Assembly: GCA_976226885.1 (NCBI GenBank) | Contig: OZ320316.1 | Coordinates: 83,514,001-83,578,000, forward strand | Source: Iphione sp. A-MEVVRFRX5 | Lineage: Eukaryota | Length of the DNA: 64,000 nucleotides | Direction: 5' to 3' | Part shown: in pieces, positions 20,531 to 34,600 of the stretch | How positions within the stretch are numbered: the stretch's first letter is position 1 | Layout of the letters: every line of letters begins with the position of its first letter | The notes under the pieces: generated by a model | What the model saw: the letters and a program-made list of their open reading frames with translations, nothing else | The model's database searches: none | What the model was told of the DNA's origin: nothing | Program-made: the position numbers and the translations under genes

Positions 20531-21133
20531 TCAGCATTGACATGTAAAACCGTAATATGCTCTCCATAGAATATGACTAGGGTGTGTGCAATCCGCCAAT
20601 AGCATTCGGTTCAGCGCAAGGGAATGTTCAAGGACATGGCTGAACAGATACTGGTCGTACCTGCTTTTTGGATTTCCTTTCTGGTTCCTGTGGTACCCCT
20701 TCAAAACTTTTAGATGAAGCATAACTGCAGAAATGCGTGAAGTTTTGAAATGAAACATACACTTGAAAATTTTACGTTAAAGCTCTTTTATGATTTCTTC
20801 CAGATCGTATTTAAATGTTACTTTGTGTACATAATAAACCACAACCTGCCGAATTGTCCAGAGGCATATTATAGCAGGAGTCTGGAAACTTTTCACCGTG
20901 TTGCTGTTTGTCCCAAAGGGGACGTATCTCCATGTCAGGTAATGATTAAGTTCAATATTTTCAGGCTTCCCACGAGTAGCATTAATGTGAGCGGAATACC
21001 ACCGCGAGCACAAAATCTCATAGGAATAATAAATACAGGTAACATGTTCATATACACTGGTGGGAAACAACTTCCTAATCAGGGTTAACGACTGCGATGC
21101 TGCCATATGTTGTATGATGCGAACATATTCCAA
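20531..21133 (-). pseudogene. Possible hAT-like transposase remnant
   Basis: RIIQHMAAS...LIRKLFPTSVYEHVTCIYYSYEIL resembles the D-x-x-x-x-M...FP...HVTC-x-AH segment of hAT transposases. Heavily decayed. Confidence 0.3.
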
Positions 21134-23189
21134 ATAACACTTAATTTATATACAAGTACATGTACTTTGTACGCTTTGCTTTCTATCGCCTCATTTGATC
21201 GGCTATATGGAAGGCCACGTCTAACCTATACATAAGCGCCAAAGCTAGTGAAAAGCCTCAAATAACAAGACTGATAACTTTATAGACATTGATAGTGACG
21301 TATGCTTTTTGGAGAATATTCATTTTGGAAGTTCATTTAGATTGTGCAAATTTAAGCATGTTTTTGACCATCCTCAGGTTTAATATTATGATCGATATGC
21401 TAACTGCATGCCACAAACATTTTTAATCATCATGGTCTACTTAGATACTAAGAGGGGCAATTTGCAGCAGCCACCCCAAAGCGGAAAACAATACGAAGAG
21501 CGCGAACTTGGCAGGCCTTCATCAAGCTCTACACTGTGATAGGTCATAGAAGTACCCCAAAGCAGATCAATGGATTTAAAGCGGGCTTTTGGTCACAAGT
21601 AGTCACAAGAGGCAAGTCACAATTGATTATTGAGAAACCACTATCATTGACTTATTCTATATTTATCTGTTAGACCCGAACTACTATTTGTACCGTTGTT
21701 ATTAATACTTGAGAAGTATAAAATAAACCAACAGTAAGAATTCAAATTAAAAATGGTCAGTGTAAACTACAGTGATTTTTGTCGTGTTTCTCCTAGTAAG
21801 AGCAAGGGCACTTCTTTACGATATTATTTTTATAGAATAGAATTTGTTATTGTGCAACAATATAATCAATACATTTGTTTTTCAACTGAGCCTCATAACT
21901 AGTACAAGTTAACCTTGACTTAAGTGAAGTTGATTGGAAACAAAGTTTAACTTTTTCTTTATGAAAGAAGGGTTTCCCAGCTTTCCTTATATCTGGAGTT
22001 GACACATGCTGCCGAATGAACCAATATCGTATCTGTTTCCTGGTACAAATATTGTATCGGGTTCTGACATCTATTCAATGTCACTATCCTCTACTACCTG
22101 TTCGTGCAGGTCCTGTAATTTCTCAAAAGTACTTAACCATTTTTAATTCTAGTTGTCTAGAAGCGCTTTTGAGGTACCGGTATGCCTAACTGGGTACTAG
22201 GAAATCATTCAGAAACAATGACCAATTACTAAAAATGAAAATCAGAAATGCTTTGGAAACCTTTCCATTCAATTCAATTATTAAAAAAATATCCATCCAA
22301 CTATCACCTCATGAAGGCGGTTTGCATAGTATTGGTGTCATTGATCATTACACTTCATGTAATATACATTCCGGTATATAAGAAGTTTCACAAAGGCAAA
22401 CTAATGTTCAGAGTAAGATTGATCGAAAGTGTGATGTTGTGATAGCATTTTGAGAGCCTTGCTATGACATACAGTTCGATAATATATTATCAATGTAGTC
22501 AGTATGGAAATAAGTTGAAAGACAATATAAATGCATTGATTTTAAACTTGTATTCACTGATGTTGTCAAAGTCCTTTGTATTTGTATTGGGTCTAGTGTA
22601 TTAAAATGATGGAAACCATCATAAAATCTTCTCACTTTTCGATTCTTAGTATAAGGAGTTTAATTAGTTCCCCATCAGACAGCCATCTTCTACGACTGAG
22701 ATTGTCAGCGATTGGTAGTAAATCAAGGTGAACCATTCTATGAATCAAACATGAAGGAAAGAAATATCTTCTTCTCTATGAACTTAATGCGTAGTTACTG
22801 TATACTGTGATTCAAGAGTTTACTGCTAGACTATTTACTAAGGATTGAACGTACTCTGTTTTAAACCCTTTGAATTTTATCAAGGAAATATTTTGTGAAT
22901 GAGTTTAGAAACACCGTTAAATAATCAACACGTGGTCTTACATAATACATAAACACCCACATCTAATTCCAAAAGCAAATATAAACGTATGTACAAGTGT
23001 TCTTGAGCAGGGGAGAGTCAATCTGAGGCAGTTCTTCTATAGACGTAACGTAATAGATCATAACCATCCTATAATACGGTACAGGGGGGTCAACATACAT
23101 CAATAGTATTGTGGAGAGTAATAGGCATTACTCATAGTACAGTGGAATAAGGTAAGTCGTGTCACCATGGTCTAATGGGAAGTACTTGG

Positions 23190-23745
23190 TATTGGTAATA
23201 AGTGTGCAAAGTCGTGGTGCCACAGCTGATAAGATGTACTCAATAACCCTGGTATTGCAGTTGAATAGGATAAGTTGTGGTGCCACGGTCTGACGAGATG
23301 TACTTAGTGACCCTGGTACTGGTATTAAGTGTGCAAAGTCGTGGTGCTACAGCCTGATAAGATGTACTCAATGACCCTGGTATTGCAGTTGAATAGGATA
23401 AGTCGTGGTGCCACGGTCTGACGAGATGTACTTAGTGACCCTGGTACTGGTATTAAGTGTGCAAAGTCGTGGTGCCACAGCCTGATAAGATGTACTCAAT
23501 AACCCTGGTATTGCAGTTGAATAGGATAAGTCGTGGTGCCACGGTCTGACGAGATGTACTTAGTGACCCTGGTACTGGTATTAAGTGTGCAAAGTCGTGG
23601 TGCCACAGCCTGATAAGATGTACTCAATGACCCTGGTATTGCAGTTGAATAGGATAAGTCGTGGTGCCACGGTCTGACGAGATGTACTTAGTGACCCTGG
23701 TACTGGTATTAAGTGTGCAAAGTCGTGGTGCCACAGCCTGGTGTA
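23190..23745. repeat. Tandem array with a 128-bp period, built from two alternating related 64-bp monomers
   Basis: GTGCAAAGTCGTGGTGC recurs at about 23204, 23331, 23459, 23587 and 23715. AAGTCGTGGTG recurs every 64 bp. Confidence 0.95.
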
Positions 23746-23879
23746 GTGTACTCAGTGACCCCCAGGACTAGAGTTAAGGAAAAACTGTGGCACCACTGTT
23801 GGTTGTGGCCAAGGAAAAGTTAAAGGTGACCTTGGACCCTGGTAATCCAGGCCCCTACTACTTTGTAGCTTTTGCCTGT

Positions 23880-24180
23880 GCATTGATTGGTGGAACAGAA
23901 CAACACTGGACATATTGTAGCAGTTTTATTCCATACATTGATACATGGCCTGATCACATGACACTATGGATTGCTATAAATAAGGGCCCAGTGTGGCAAA
24001 TAAAGTCAGTCTGAACTTGGATTACGTTGTGGCACTTGTCTCTTCAGGGAATGATAGGAACACAAAACCACTTGGAGCAACCTTAAGGGTGGGCTTGAGG
24101 ATTACCTAGTGGAGCAATACTAGTAAGGAAACTAAGCCAGGATACTAGCAGCCATAGCTGGATACTGCCAAGTGGAAAAT
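23880..24180 (+). promoter_or_regulatory. E-box/TATA/Inr module, copy A
   Basis: CACATG at 23955-60, 14-nt gap, TATAAATA at 23975-82, TCAGT at 24006-10. Homologous to 24830-25105 and 48380-48660. Confidence 0.6.
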
Positions 24181-24412
24181 TAAACATGCTAATTACAGTA
24201 TAAAGAGAAATGATATGAGCAGTTAAGTTTTAAGTATCACCAGTAAATGTTAAATTATGAACATTACCTGATAACTGTCGGTGGTACAGGCACAAAGTAT
24301 TTGGAAATGTGTCAAACACTGCTTTTAGGAATTCTTGTCATGCGGCATTTAACATAAACTACTCCTAATCTTTTCGCTTTAAGACGGCCTGGCCTGTTTG
24401 CTGGGTATAAAA

Positions 24413-24700
24413 ATGGTCAACACTGGATATGGTTGAGACACTTAGCATAGAACCTTGTAAAACTGAAGACGAGAGATATTGCACAAGAGACATAGTTTCT
24501 CAATAAATACCAAATAAAGACAGAGAAGTCAGAGGGAGTGAAAATTGGAAAGAGATATGGTCAACACTGGATATGGTTGAGACACTAAGCATAGAACCTT
24601 GTAAAATTGAAGATGAGAGATATTACACAAGAGACATAGTTTCTCAATAAAACCAAATCAAGACAGAGAAGTGAGAGGGAGTGAACATTGGGGAGAGCCA
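24413..24700. repeat. Tandem duplication of a 144-bp unit
   Basis: ATGGTCAACACTGGATATGGTTGAGACACT starts at 24413 and again at 24557, with few differences. Confidence 0.92.
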
Positions 24701-24829
24701 GAAATGGATAGAAAATTACCATAAAAACTGAACTTTTTAAAGTGCTTCTGTAGGATATTATCTGACGGTGCATAATACAGAAGCAGACACCAGTGGTAAA
24801 GAGTACTGTAATGTAATGCCTGTTGACAC

Positions 24830-25105
24830 TCTACTTGGTAATAATCCAGCTATTGCAGTACAAGTCCTGGCTTAGTACCCCTGTGATTAATCTGATTGGC
24901 TAATCAAGTATGTTCCCTTAAGGTAGCTCCAAGTAGTTAATGGTTCCTTAGCATCCCTAGAGAAACAATTTCCCCAAGGTAGTTCCAAGTGCAGACTGGT
25001 TTATTGGCAACACAGGACCCATATTTATAGCAGACCCACATGTCATGTGACCAGACCAATGTATTTAAAGATGGAATAAAACTGATACAACATTACTCTT
25101 GTCTG
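24830..25105 (-). promoter_or_regulatory. E-box/TATA/Inr module, copy B (inverted relative to A)
   Basis: On the plus strand CATGTG at 25044-49, 14-nt gap, TATTTATA at 25022-29. Downstream it shares ACTTGGAGC.ACCTTAAGGG and ACTAAGCCAGGA...ATAGCTGGAT..CCAAGT with copy A. Confidence 0.6.
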
Positions 25106-28100
25106 TTTCTTCAACTAATCAAATTCTCTGGTGTTGGGGGTACTGAGTATATCATTTGGGCCCTTGTACTAACTGCTGGGGCTGCCTTAGTAAGTGCTTG
25201 GGCCCCCGTTCCAACTGATTGGGCCCTCTGGCTAACAGGTTCAGCCCGTTACAATAATGGTTGGGCCCCCATAACTAGCAGGTCACAGAGTGCAGTCTAC
25301 ATCCCTAAAAGGTGGAGTGCCACCACCTCTACAGTACCTTCAAGCTTAGGCCAGAGACAGACTGAAAACTGGAAGAGTCAGAAAGAGAGGTTATTTAGTA
25401 CTAACTGTGGACGTTATCTTCCTGTAAAAGAGATGGAAGTCAGAAAAGACCAGAGTCTTCAAACTTAGCAAACCCTAAAAAGGGTTAATGTATCAAATAG
25501 GACAAAAGGGAAAATGACCACCCTGTAAATATAACTGTAATGGATGCGTATCTGACCAGTACATTTTAAGGATAATTGTCTAGTACAGGATAGTACTAGT
25601 ACAGGCTAGATTGTCTAGCACTGGGCCAGTACAGAAGTGCAAATCGGCTGCCTGATGGCCCAGCACTGCCAGTCTGGCCACAGTCCAGTATGAGAATACG
25701 CAACTCAGGAATAGTACAATTACCATGGTATTAGCCCAGTATTGGCAATATAGTAAGGTTTACCTGCGATGCCAGTAGTGACATGGTATTGATAAAAGTA
25801 TCCATCTTAATAGATGAGGAAAAAAAGTATATGAAAGTCTGTATGTTCTTATCTTTTGAATATCATCTCTGGCATCATCCTCTGGTTTGTGATCAAGGTC
25901 AGATATACAGCTTGGTAATGCTATAATAAATAAAATAAAACTAATCTTACAATTCCTAATAGGAGATAAGAAACATACCAAATAGGGTATTATTCCCCTG
26001 TTGTGGAGATAACATGGACGCAAATGTAAATATGGAAGCCGAGCCTAAACCTACTACTTGGGCTGCTATCAAGAAGGAGGGAACTCAGGTAATGTGAGCC
26101 ATCTAAATGTTTTTCAATATTATTTAAAATATTAAGAATTTCAATCAATCAACCTGAACATAATCTTTGAATATTTGCTTTCCTTAGTATGATAGCTACA
26201 TGAAATCGTCATGTTTTATGTATGTCTTCTCTCAACTGTTCATATGGTTTGCCCGTCTATCGGTAAAGTTGTTGACGGATTGACTTCAAGTTTGCAGAAG
26301 AAAGTCGGTTTCGCCGTTGAATTGGAGAAAGTTAAAAAGCAGTTAGGCGTTCCGTATTATACTATATCGATTGCGGCACTGAAATTATATAACATTGTCA
26401 GGAATACGACCCAATAGTTCCACCTACCCAACCTGCCCATGCGGTAAAGCAAAGTCAGATATATTTCCTTTGGAAAATGGACAATCTTTTTCTAATGTTA
26501 AAATAAATGTATCCCGACCAAAATATAAATTATACTGTATCGTTAAAGTCATACGTGGATGGTTGTGTGCTGTTATGTGTAATGTTTAGGCTGTAGTCCA
26601 CCAGACCCTTGCGTCTATCCGGTGCGCGCAGCGTCAGTCATGGTAATGGATGTTAATCAAATCAATTAGGATCAATCGGCGGACGCGCTGTTATTTCATT
26701 TGTCTCCAAAAAGTCACTTCCACATATACCAGATCCAATTTATGAATGTGACTAAGCGTCAGGCCCAGAGAAAATATTGAATCAGTGTCTGGGGCCCGAC
26801 AGCCAAGGTGGATGATATCGTTGCGTACGCCACTGCTTCATAAATGAACTGTATAGATTGAATGTTTTCATGTCTTTCCGCCCAGCGTCCCTCCTCTATG
26901 TGATCCGCCACCCATGCATCTATTGCCCTTCTGAATTCTTCCGTTTTTCCTCCACGACGTTCCCTTCTTCTCTCTTCGCCTCCCGTCTTTTCGCACTTTC
27001 TTGTCACGATTGGATTTACCACTTTCCATGCGACGTTTTTGCCTGTTTCACGTGTCAGTCCTTTTTGGACGACGTTGTCAGGAACCGGATGCATTCGATG
27101 AGCTTATTTTGTCTTCGTTGCTTCAACGGGAGTCCATTTATGCCATGACATTCAGCGCTAGTGACAAATTAAAGCCTCCGACGTCAATGAAATTGAGGTG
27201 GATATAATTGGATAACGAGTGCTCTTCAGCCATGTAATGAGAGAAACTTGAAACTTAATCAGTGTCATGTTTTATATTTCATATCACACACGACAAAAAA
27301 ACCACACAACCTATTTGATTTCTTTGGAAGGCAGTGGAGATAAATTCTATTACTTATTCCTTTCTTAGTGTCCAAGCATGCGACCTCTATATACAAGCAT
27401 GTTGACGGGGGGAAATCAGATGAAGGGGCTTAGCTGTAGTTCTGACTTTTACATTAGAGGGCGCGACGGAATCCTTTGTGAGGTTAAAAGGTGGATGTTC
27501 AGTGATGAATGTGTTCATCCTATCGAGTGTTGGGCATGATATGGACACCTTCGGGGCAACTCGATGGTCGTCTCTAAATTGGTTATAATATTCCCTTTAG
27601 CATTGTGAAAATAAAATATTTCTCGCATCCGTAAGTTTTTTCACTGATTTTACGTACTTCCGTGTATTTTTTAAGGCACAATACATTTTGAAAGTCTGAT
27701 TATCATGGAAAACACTTTTCGTTTTCCACTTTTGAGGATTTCCATCTGGTTGAATAATTTTGGCCATTGATAAGCAGTACAGAACCTACCTTATAACTAA
27801 CAATATTAAGGCAAGGCTATAACCCTAGGTAAGGTTGATCAAAGTGGAGTCGTTTGCCCAGAAAGCTTTGACGTTCCAGTCTGTCGGACCACTGCTGCCT
27901 AAGGTATTTGGTAATTCCCCTGCTACAGCCGTCTGCCTGACACCAGAGTGTGAGCAGCATAATCAACACATCACGGCTGCCTGTATGGCTTGTTTCTTGT
28001 TTAGGAAAAAATACTGTCCCCCTGTTGTGTATTTGTGTACACACGATTAACCATGGAAATGGTGCAGGACACTGATGCACGAGCTACTATGAAAAAAAAC

Positions 28101-31100
28101 ATCGCGATTATTGATCAGATACAGATTGTGTTATAAAGATACTTAGTCCTCTAGGGTGATTTCGCTGCATCTTTGGTATCTACATTTACAGAGAAATCAA
28201 ACATCATTACTGTGTAGATTCCTCAAAGAGCAAGGAAAAAGGGAATGCCTCTCTTAATTCAAACGTCGATCAAATACCGAGTATAAAGAATTGATCTGTT
28301 TGTTATCTTGGTCCAGAGACGTTATCCACAACTGGTCAAAGGAATTGATGTGCCCGGGGGAGCGCCGGTCACGCCTGCACACTGACAAGGAAGAACTGAA
28401 CTGCGTTTTGATGGGAAACTCATGTAGCCTAGTGAGGCGGGTGTCACTGCGACCGTCTTATCTTAAACATCATCGCGCTTCCTCTTGGCTTATCGTCTGA
28501 TTTACTGACTGTTCTCTGAATGCAGCGCAATCGGAGAGCAATATAAAATGGCGGCTCCTCAGAGGTATTGTGGGCAATTCATCACAGTCAAATGCGATTA
28601 GTAGTATTAATAGGCTCGTTAGTAGGCCATAGATCGGCAAATAATCACTTTATTATTCCAATTTTTTCCTGAATATTTCAAGAGCATTGACTGTGCCTCA
28701 TACCAGAAACGTTGGCAATCATTCCTTCATTCGGGCCATAGAGCTAATGTCATATTCACGTTTGATCTTTCAATACATTCACAATCAGTCAACTAAAGTG
28801 TCTTCATTACGACGAGAGACGTCTCAATCGGGTTGTGTACTGAATGTTTTGATTTCAGAAACTGGTCGTATTTCGCATTTCTTACTGGCACTGTACACCA
28901 CTCATTTTAAAACCTAAGGATTTAGAAAAAAAATATGAAATGTCTATAATATTATTGTGTTCTATTTACGAAATAAATATTTAACGACTCGTTCAAAGCA
29001 CCAATGAGCTTCCTATGAATAAAGGCTACGCTCTTTCATTTCGCGATGTGAGTTTCTGTCTTTTTTAATGTTTTGTTGTCTAGCTGTTCATTGTAAAGGG
29101 TTTCCACGGCCAAAGTAATTCTCATCCTGAACATCGTTTTGGCTGAGCTCTGATACCTATCTCTGGCCAGGATTATTTCGGTGGCTTTCGCCTTACCCCA
29201 GTGGAAATGGCCACGTCGGTCTCTGTTGCTGATTGTCTTCTCAAGCAGTTCATCATGACACCTTGTACTAAAGAAAATTCTAAAGGTACCTAGGGATGTT
29301 TATACACGTATTACATTCACCCAAGGGAAATAGCAGCAACCAAAATAGCTGTTTTGTCCGGGTCCGAAAGATATCTTTCTATTTCGTCTTTAACATGTTA
29401 CTAGAAATGAGCAAAGATCCGAAAATGGAAAAAGTAACGTAGGGATAGACCAAACTCAGTCTTAAAATGTGTCGGCATAGGCAGAAATCAGAATAGATCT
29501 ATGGCGTTTTAGACAGAACAAAATTAGCTTCAGGTAGCTCTCCTTGGGATGTTCATGTGTGTTCATTTCACATTGGCATAACAAAGGGATTACTAGACAG
29601 AGGAGGGTTAGTTCTATATTATCAAATAGTTTCGGAATCATCCAATGAATACAGTGATTAGTGTTATCATTTGAAAATAATACAGTCGAGACCCTAATTA
29701 CGACTGCACCAATTTACAACCATATCCCATTTGCGCCCTAAAATAGAACGAAAAATCATAGTTTCTATAGAAATTGCTTTTGATTTATGACCAAATAGAT
29801 CCACAGGACATTTTTGTGATAATGTTTCTACATAATTGTAAATATCGATGTAGTTTTATGATAGCAATATCCTGTCCTCAATGTGTGGAGCATATGAGTG
29901 CATGAAAGAACAGATAAGCAAGGTTTCCAACATTCATATTGATGATCCCAGATTTTTTTATATTATGGAGGGAGGTGAATTTCGATTGTCAGTACTACCG
30001 GCAAAAATAATCTACCTAAATTTGATTTTGATATGAGCTTGCTGAAATTCGCCGATGGATGGTTACAGTTCTGAATTAATATGTTGAATGAAATATATTT
30101 GGCATTTGTTTCTTTCTTTATTCTAAGAAATGTACAGTGGAAACAACATATCAGTACATGTGGTCGCTTTGCAGCGATGGCAATTAACAAGGAAGTATAC
30201 AACATGAAACAGGCGAAAAACAAAATGACCATTGTGCAAATAGTGATATATTTATCCTATCTTGAGCATACTTTACAGCTTTAGGTAAAGGGAGATGGGC
30301 AAATGTCTTCTTACGATGCACTTGGTATTTCTCAGGAGTCAAAGTCCATATGTTTGTTCCCCGTAAGGTAAAGATGTTATGCTGTCTGCATCCTCTAAAA
30401 TTGCCATACACTACTACTATTGCCTACCTGGATCATTTCTCCCGAGATTGCAGGCGGCAACAGAATAGCTCTGGAACTTCTCATCACATAGGACGTAAAT
30501 CGCATAGATTGACCTGCGATTTAGACATTGCATCGTTTGACTAGTATGACATTGGTTTTCATTAACATCTCCATAAAATATCACTATATCATATGGCTCC
30601 CTTAATATCACGAACTTCGGTTAAATCTACCAAAATATTGGTCGAGAACTAAATGAATCACCTCCACATGATAGGACCGGTGAGTGTAGTAGTGTCTATG
30701 GGTGTATTTTTGCCTTGGCTGAAGTAGTTCCAGTATCACCACGTGCTAACGCATCCGTCATTTCGTGTGGCAAGGGATCCTAGTAGGAGGCGGTTCATAA
30801 TTCTAATAACAGTGATTGTTCTGGCAACCGTCTTTTAAAAGTTACAAGAAGAACAACCAATAATATTTATTGTTGTGGCAAGTAATTTCATTCGTTACTG
30901 TAACTAGATGTTTGGTAAGAAACTAGTTAATCAGAACACCATCGATGTATGAAAAGTCAGACATGAAAATCGATGCAAGGATGCTTATCTGATGGCCCCA
31001 TAAATATATAATAGTTGCTTCTCTGCATGTAACTTCAATCTGCGATATTTACTTATTGAACTGGATTATGGACTTAGAGGTTTGCTAGATGAATATTGCG

Positions 31101-31331
31101 TGCTTGTAATGTTTAATAATGTGCCTGCGTGACTATTATCAAACTGTTGAAATATCACTCACACCCTGTCCAGTGCATTTTGTTGATGGATCGGAATCCT
31201 AATGTTGTTTAAAGCATTGTATGTATATGTACATGTACATATCTATACATTAGGTGACTGCACTGTAGCCTAGCACCTACGGCCGTCGTAGACCGGCCGC
31301 GTGGATTGGTTGGGCCCATGACCGGAGAGTC

Positions 31332-31694
31332 TCACTTGCCGTTGTAATTTGTCGGCTTGATGTCTTCCCTGTCTAGATAGGAAACCCAGTATATGATGTT
31401 GAACACGAGGAAGACGAAGGGGAAAATATATCTAGCCAGGGTGTCGATCTCACTCACACTGTTCACGAGACCGCGGTCACGCGGACCGAGGCGAGTGGTT
31501 CGCACTTTCATGTCCCGATATGAGGCGCTGCCTTTGATGCAGTTAAAGAACTTGATACAGCAGTTCTCTTTCGGTCGCATCATACTTTCATCGTCATAGT
31601 GCAAAGTCACGTTTGTCTGCCCGTTAGATCGTCCGTCGGTGCCACCGTACTTTCGATCCCGGTTCACGTAGTATATATTCCTTCCGTTGTTGTG
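31332..31694 (-). CDS. GABA receptor exon 9 (intracellular loop and M4)
   Basis: Acceptor TTTCGCAG, then [13 protein letters not shown]...[30 protein letters not shown]...NGK*. Confidence 0.9.
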   Translation of the reverse strand, partial: HNNGRNIYYVNRDRKYGGTDGRSNGQTNVTLHYDDESMMRPKENCCIKFFNCIKGSASYRDMKVRTTRLGPRDRGLVNSVSEIDTLARYIFPFVFLVFNIIYWVSYLDREDIKPTNYNGK

Positions 31695-34600
31695 CTGCGA
31701 AATTGGACGGTAAGAAACATACCAAAGTCAATAGTTTTCTTATTCTTACTATCTTTGAAGGTTCAGAACATATTCGGAGCCGCTACGGGTGGTATTCCTG
31801 CTTATTGTGGAATCATAAGAGGAAGATAAAAAGGAACCGGGGGTTTTGAGGATAGTGAGGTATGATCAGCACACAGGTGGGTGAAACTATCATGTGCAGC
31901 TCAAATATCAAAGTCTTTTACTGCGTGACCTCCCTCTGATCTTAGCGTTGGCCTTGATCACAGAGATATCCCTAAGACATAATTTCTTCTGCTGAGTGCA
32001 AGATCTGTACATTGACGTGGCCACAAGCTTACAATTCACGGACAATTGCATGGCACGAAAATATAGAAGAGCAACAGCAAATGACCTTGATGCATTGATA
32101 GTAAGCCAAGGTACCTTATAAAGATAAATAAAAATCATTGAAAGGAAAACCTATTATTATAGTATTCCAGAGGAAGGGCTCCATGGTACTGCCGTCTTCT
32201 ATTGGTAACAACATACACATGTAGGCTATTAAGTCCTGTTCATGACTGTATGAATAGCAAGCAGTTCACTCACTCTTTTGCACAACTGAGGCCCGTTGGA
32301 ACATTGTCCATAGCGTTCAGCGGCTTCTTCTGTGTGTCTGTTAGAAAAGCTGCACTGTCTCTACAATGCACACAAAATAAAACAATGTTATCATTATGAC
32401 ATTGTAATAATGAGAGGAATGCCTTCTATGCGGACCATTATTATGTCTCAGATGAACTGTACAAAAAGTTGTTGGATGTGCTTACCGCTAAATCTTCGAT
32501 GTCCTCTTCGTCGTCTCCGTCAGAGTCTGTTTCAGGAGGTATTTCGCCGTAGCCGGTCTTTGTAAAGAAATGAACGCCAGCGAATTGTATTATCGTGGCT
32601 AGGACAAAGGCAAATGACATGCCAACAAAGTAGTCCAACGCCGTTGAGTAGGATACTTTTGGCAAGTCTCTCCGATTGTCAATTCCTAGGAACGCCATAG
32701 TAAGAACTGTAGTGATGCCTAGAAATAGAGAAAAATGAACATCAGTTATTCATCACGTTTATACATCGAATCCCTTCAGTTCTCAATCTCAAAATAAAAC
32801 ACAGATGAATATTTCACTGGCGTAAAAGTAATAGAATTTTTCTTTCCCTTTCTTTTATGCCACACATGCCGTTACTTCCTCATTGTTACACGTATATATT
32901 TCCATGCATCTGTGAGCGAAATGTGATTAAATTGAGCGAAATGGAACTAAAAATACTTCACCAGATGATTTCCCCATTATACACGTTGATGAGACATAAT
33001 TAACAGAGGCATACTTTTCCAGAACGTTGGAAGCAGACACCCTGCATAATTGACGATGCTGTTTTTAACCAGTGAGTACTGTATTAACAGTGCGTCGACT
33101 CTCCCGGAACTAACCATCTAATTGCTTTCAATAAGAACAATATGCTTCTTGACGGTAATTCCGTTTACTTCCCAAGGCCAACGTAGCCATTTTCATCATG
33201 ACATAGTTTGGATTCTAAATTGTCCGTCCATTTATTTGTGCAGCAAATTTTCCAGCTTTTTATCATGAATTTTTAATGGATTCCCCACAACTCGATGCTG
33301 ATTTTGGCGTTCATTTGCCACTGATTCAAGAACCAATTTCCCGGATCAATAGCCAGAATTCTTGTTATTCGCTACGGGTGGAAGGTTTGGCCGATGGTAT
33401 TCATCTTTGACCTGAGGTCCCAATTAGGGAGCCAAAAACATTCCCGGGGAAAAAGGAGGAGGAGCTCATCTGGCAATCATCAAGCTAGAGTACATGTATT
33501 ACCGTTCACTATCAGCTTATGGTTCCATCTTTTGGAAAGTCAAACACGTGCCTGAATAAATGTATTTAACTCTATATTTTTATTGTAGAAAAGACGCCAT
33601 CCATGGACGTTCGAGCATCGAGCATAGATCTACATATTCATTTTTGGTGGAGAGCAGTAAATAACTATGGATGAACAGATGGGCTTACGCTCAGTTTCAT
33701 CCGTTAAAATTGGTGTCTCATTATATCTTAACACACTCTATTTTGAAAGATGTCAAAACATTAAAGTCAACTCCCAAATGATATGGTGATGATTCCTAGT
33801 ATGGTGATGAATTTTTACTTCACACACATCAGAGGAACCCAAATTTGAGACATGGCACTACCTGAAACATGATGTAATAATGGTAAGGCGTGTTTCTGCT
33901 TATGAGGTGATAGATCCTAAACTCGAGGACGCCTTCCCATTGCTTTCTTTGTACGCTGCTCAGGACAGCAATCATGGTCTCCATTGACAGGAGGGTAATC
34001 AATCCGATGTTTGATATTATCCGCATCATTTGTATAAATCTACGCATCAGGAGACCCAACTATAGGTTATAAATACATTTTGCTGATGGTTCAAACGTAT
34101 GGATCCGGCGAAAATACCGCCGTTGTGCCGCGCAATGCAAGCCTTACTTTCATGAAGCTCGCAATCATCTATTCCCTACTTCGGAAAGTACATGTACGAA
34201 CGAATGATACACCAGACACAAGTGTCTCTCCGTAGCACTTTTTACTAGGACATTGGCACGCTAAGGTTCGAGGTGTTAATTGCTAGTCTGTTTGTTTGGA
34301 GATAGAAAAGCCCCTGTAGTATGTGACACAGCACGGGCACAAAACCACGCACTCCATCTGAGAGTCGATGTCATGCAGCCACGACAGCAATAATTATGCA
34401 AAAAAGATTGAGGAGGTATTTCAGGTACTAAAAAAATCAAGTGGCCCACCGCGAGGCGCTGTTTAATCGTCCCCGGAGGGATTATTCTGTCAAAACGATT
34501 GCCAACAAAAATGGATTAGTATATTCCTGAAACCCAAGCCTACATGGGGAAGGGCTACAGGATTTTCATATTGTAGAAAGATTTATCGAATTGCTGATGA

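Noticed and set aside
23190-23745. CRISPR-like array
   Set aside because: The intervening sequences are repeated rather than unique, the DNA is eukaryotic, and no cas genes are present.
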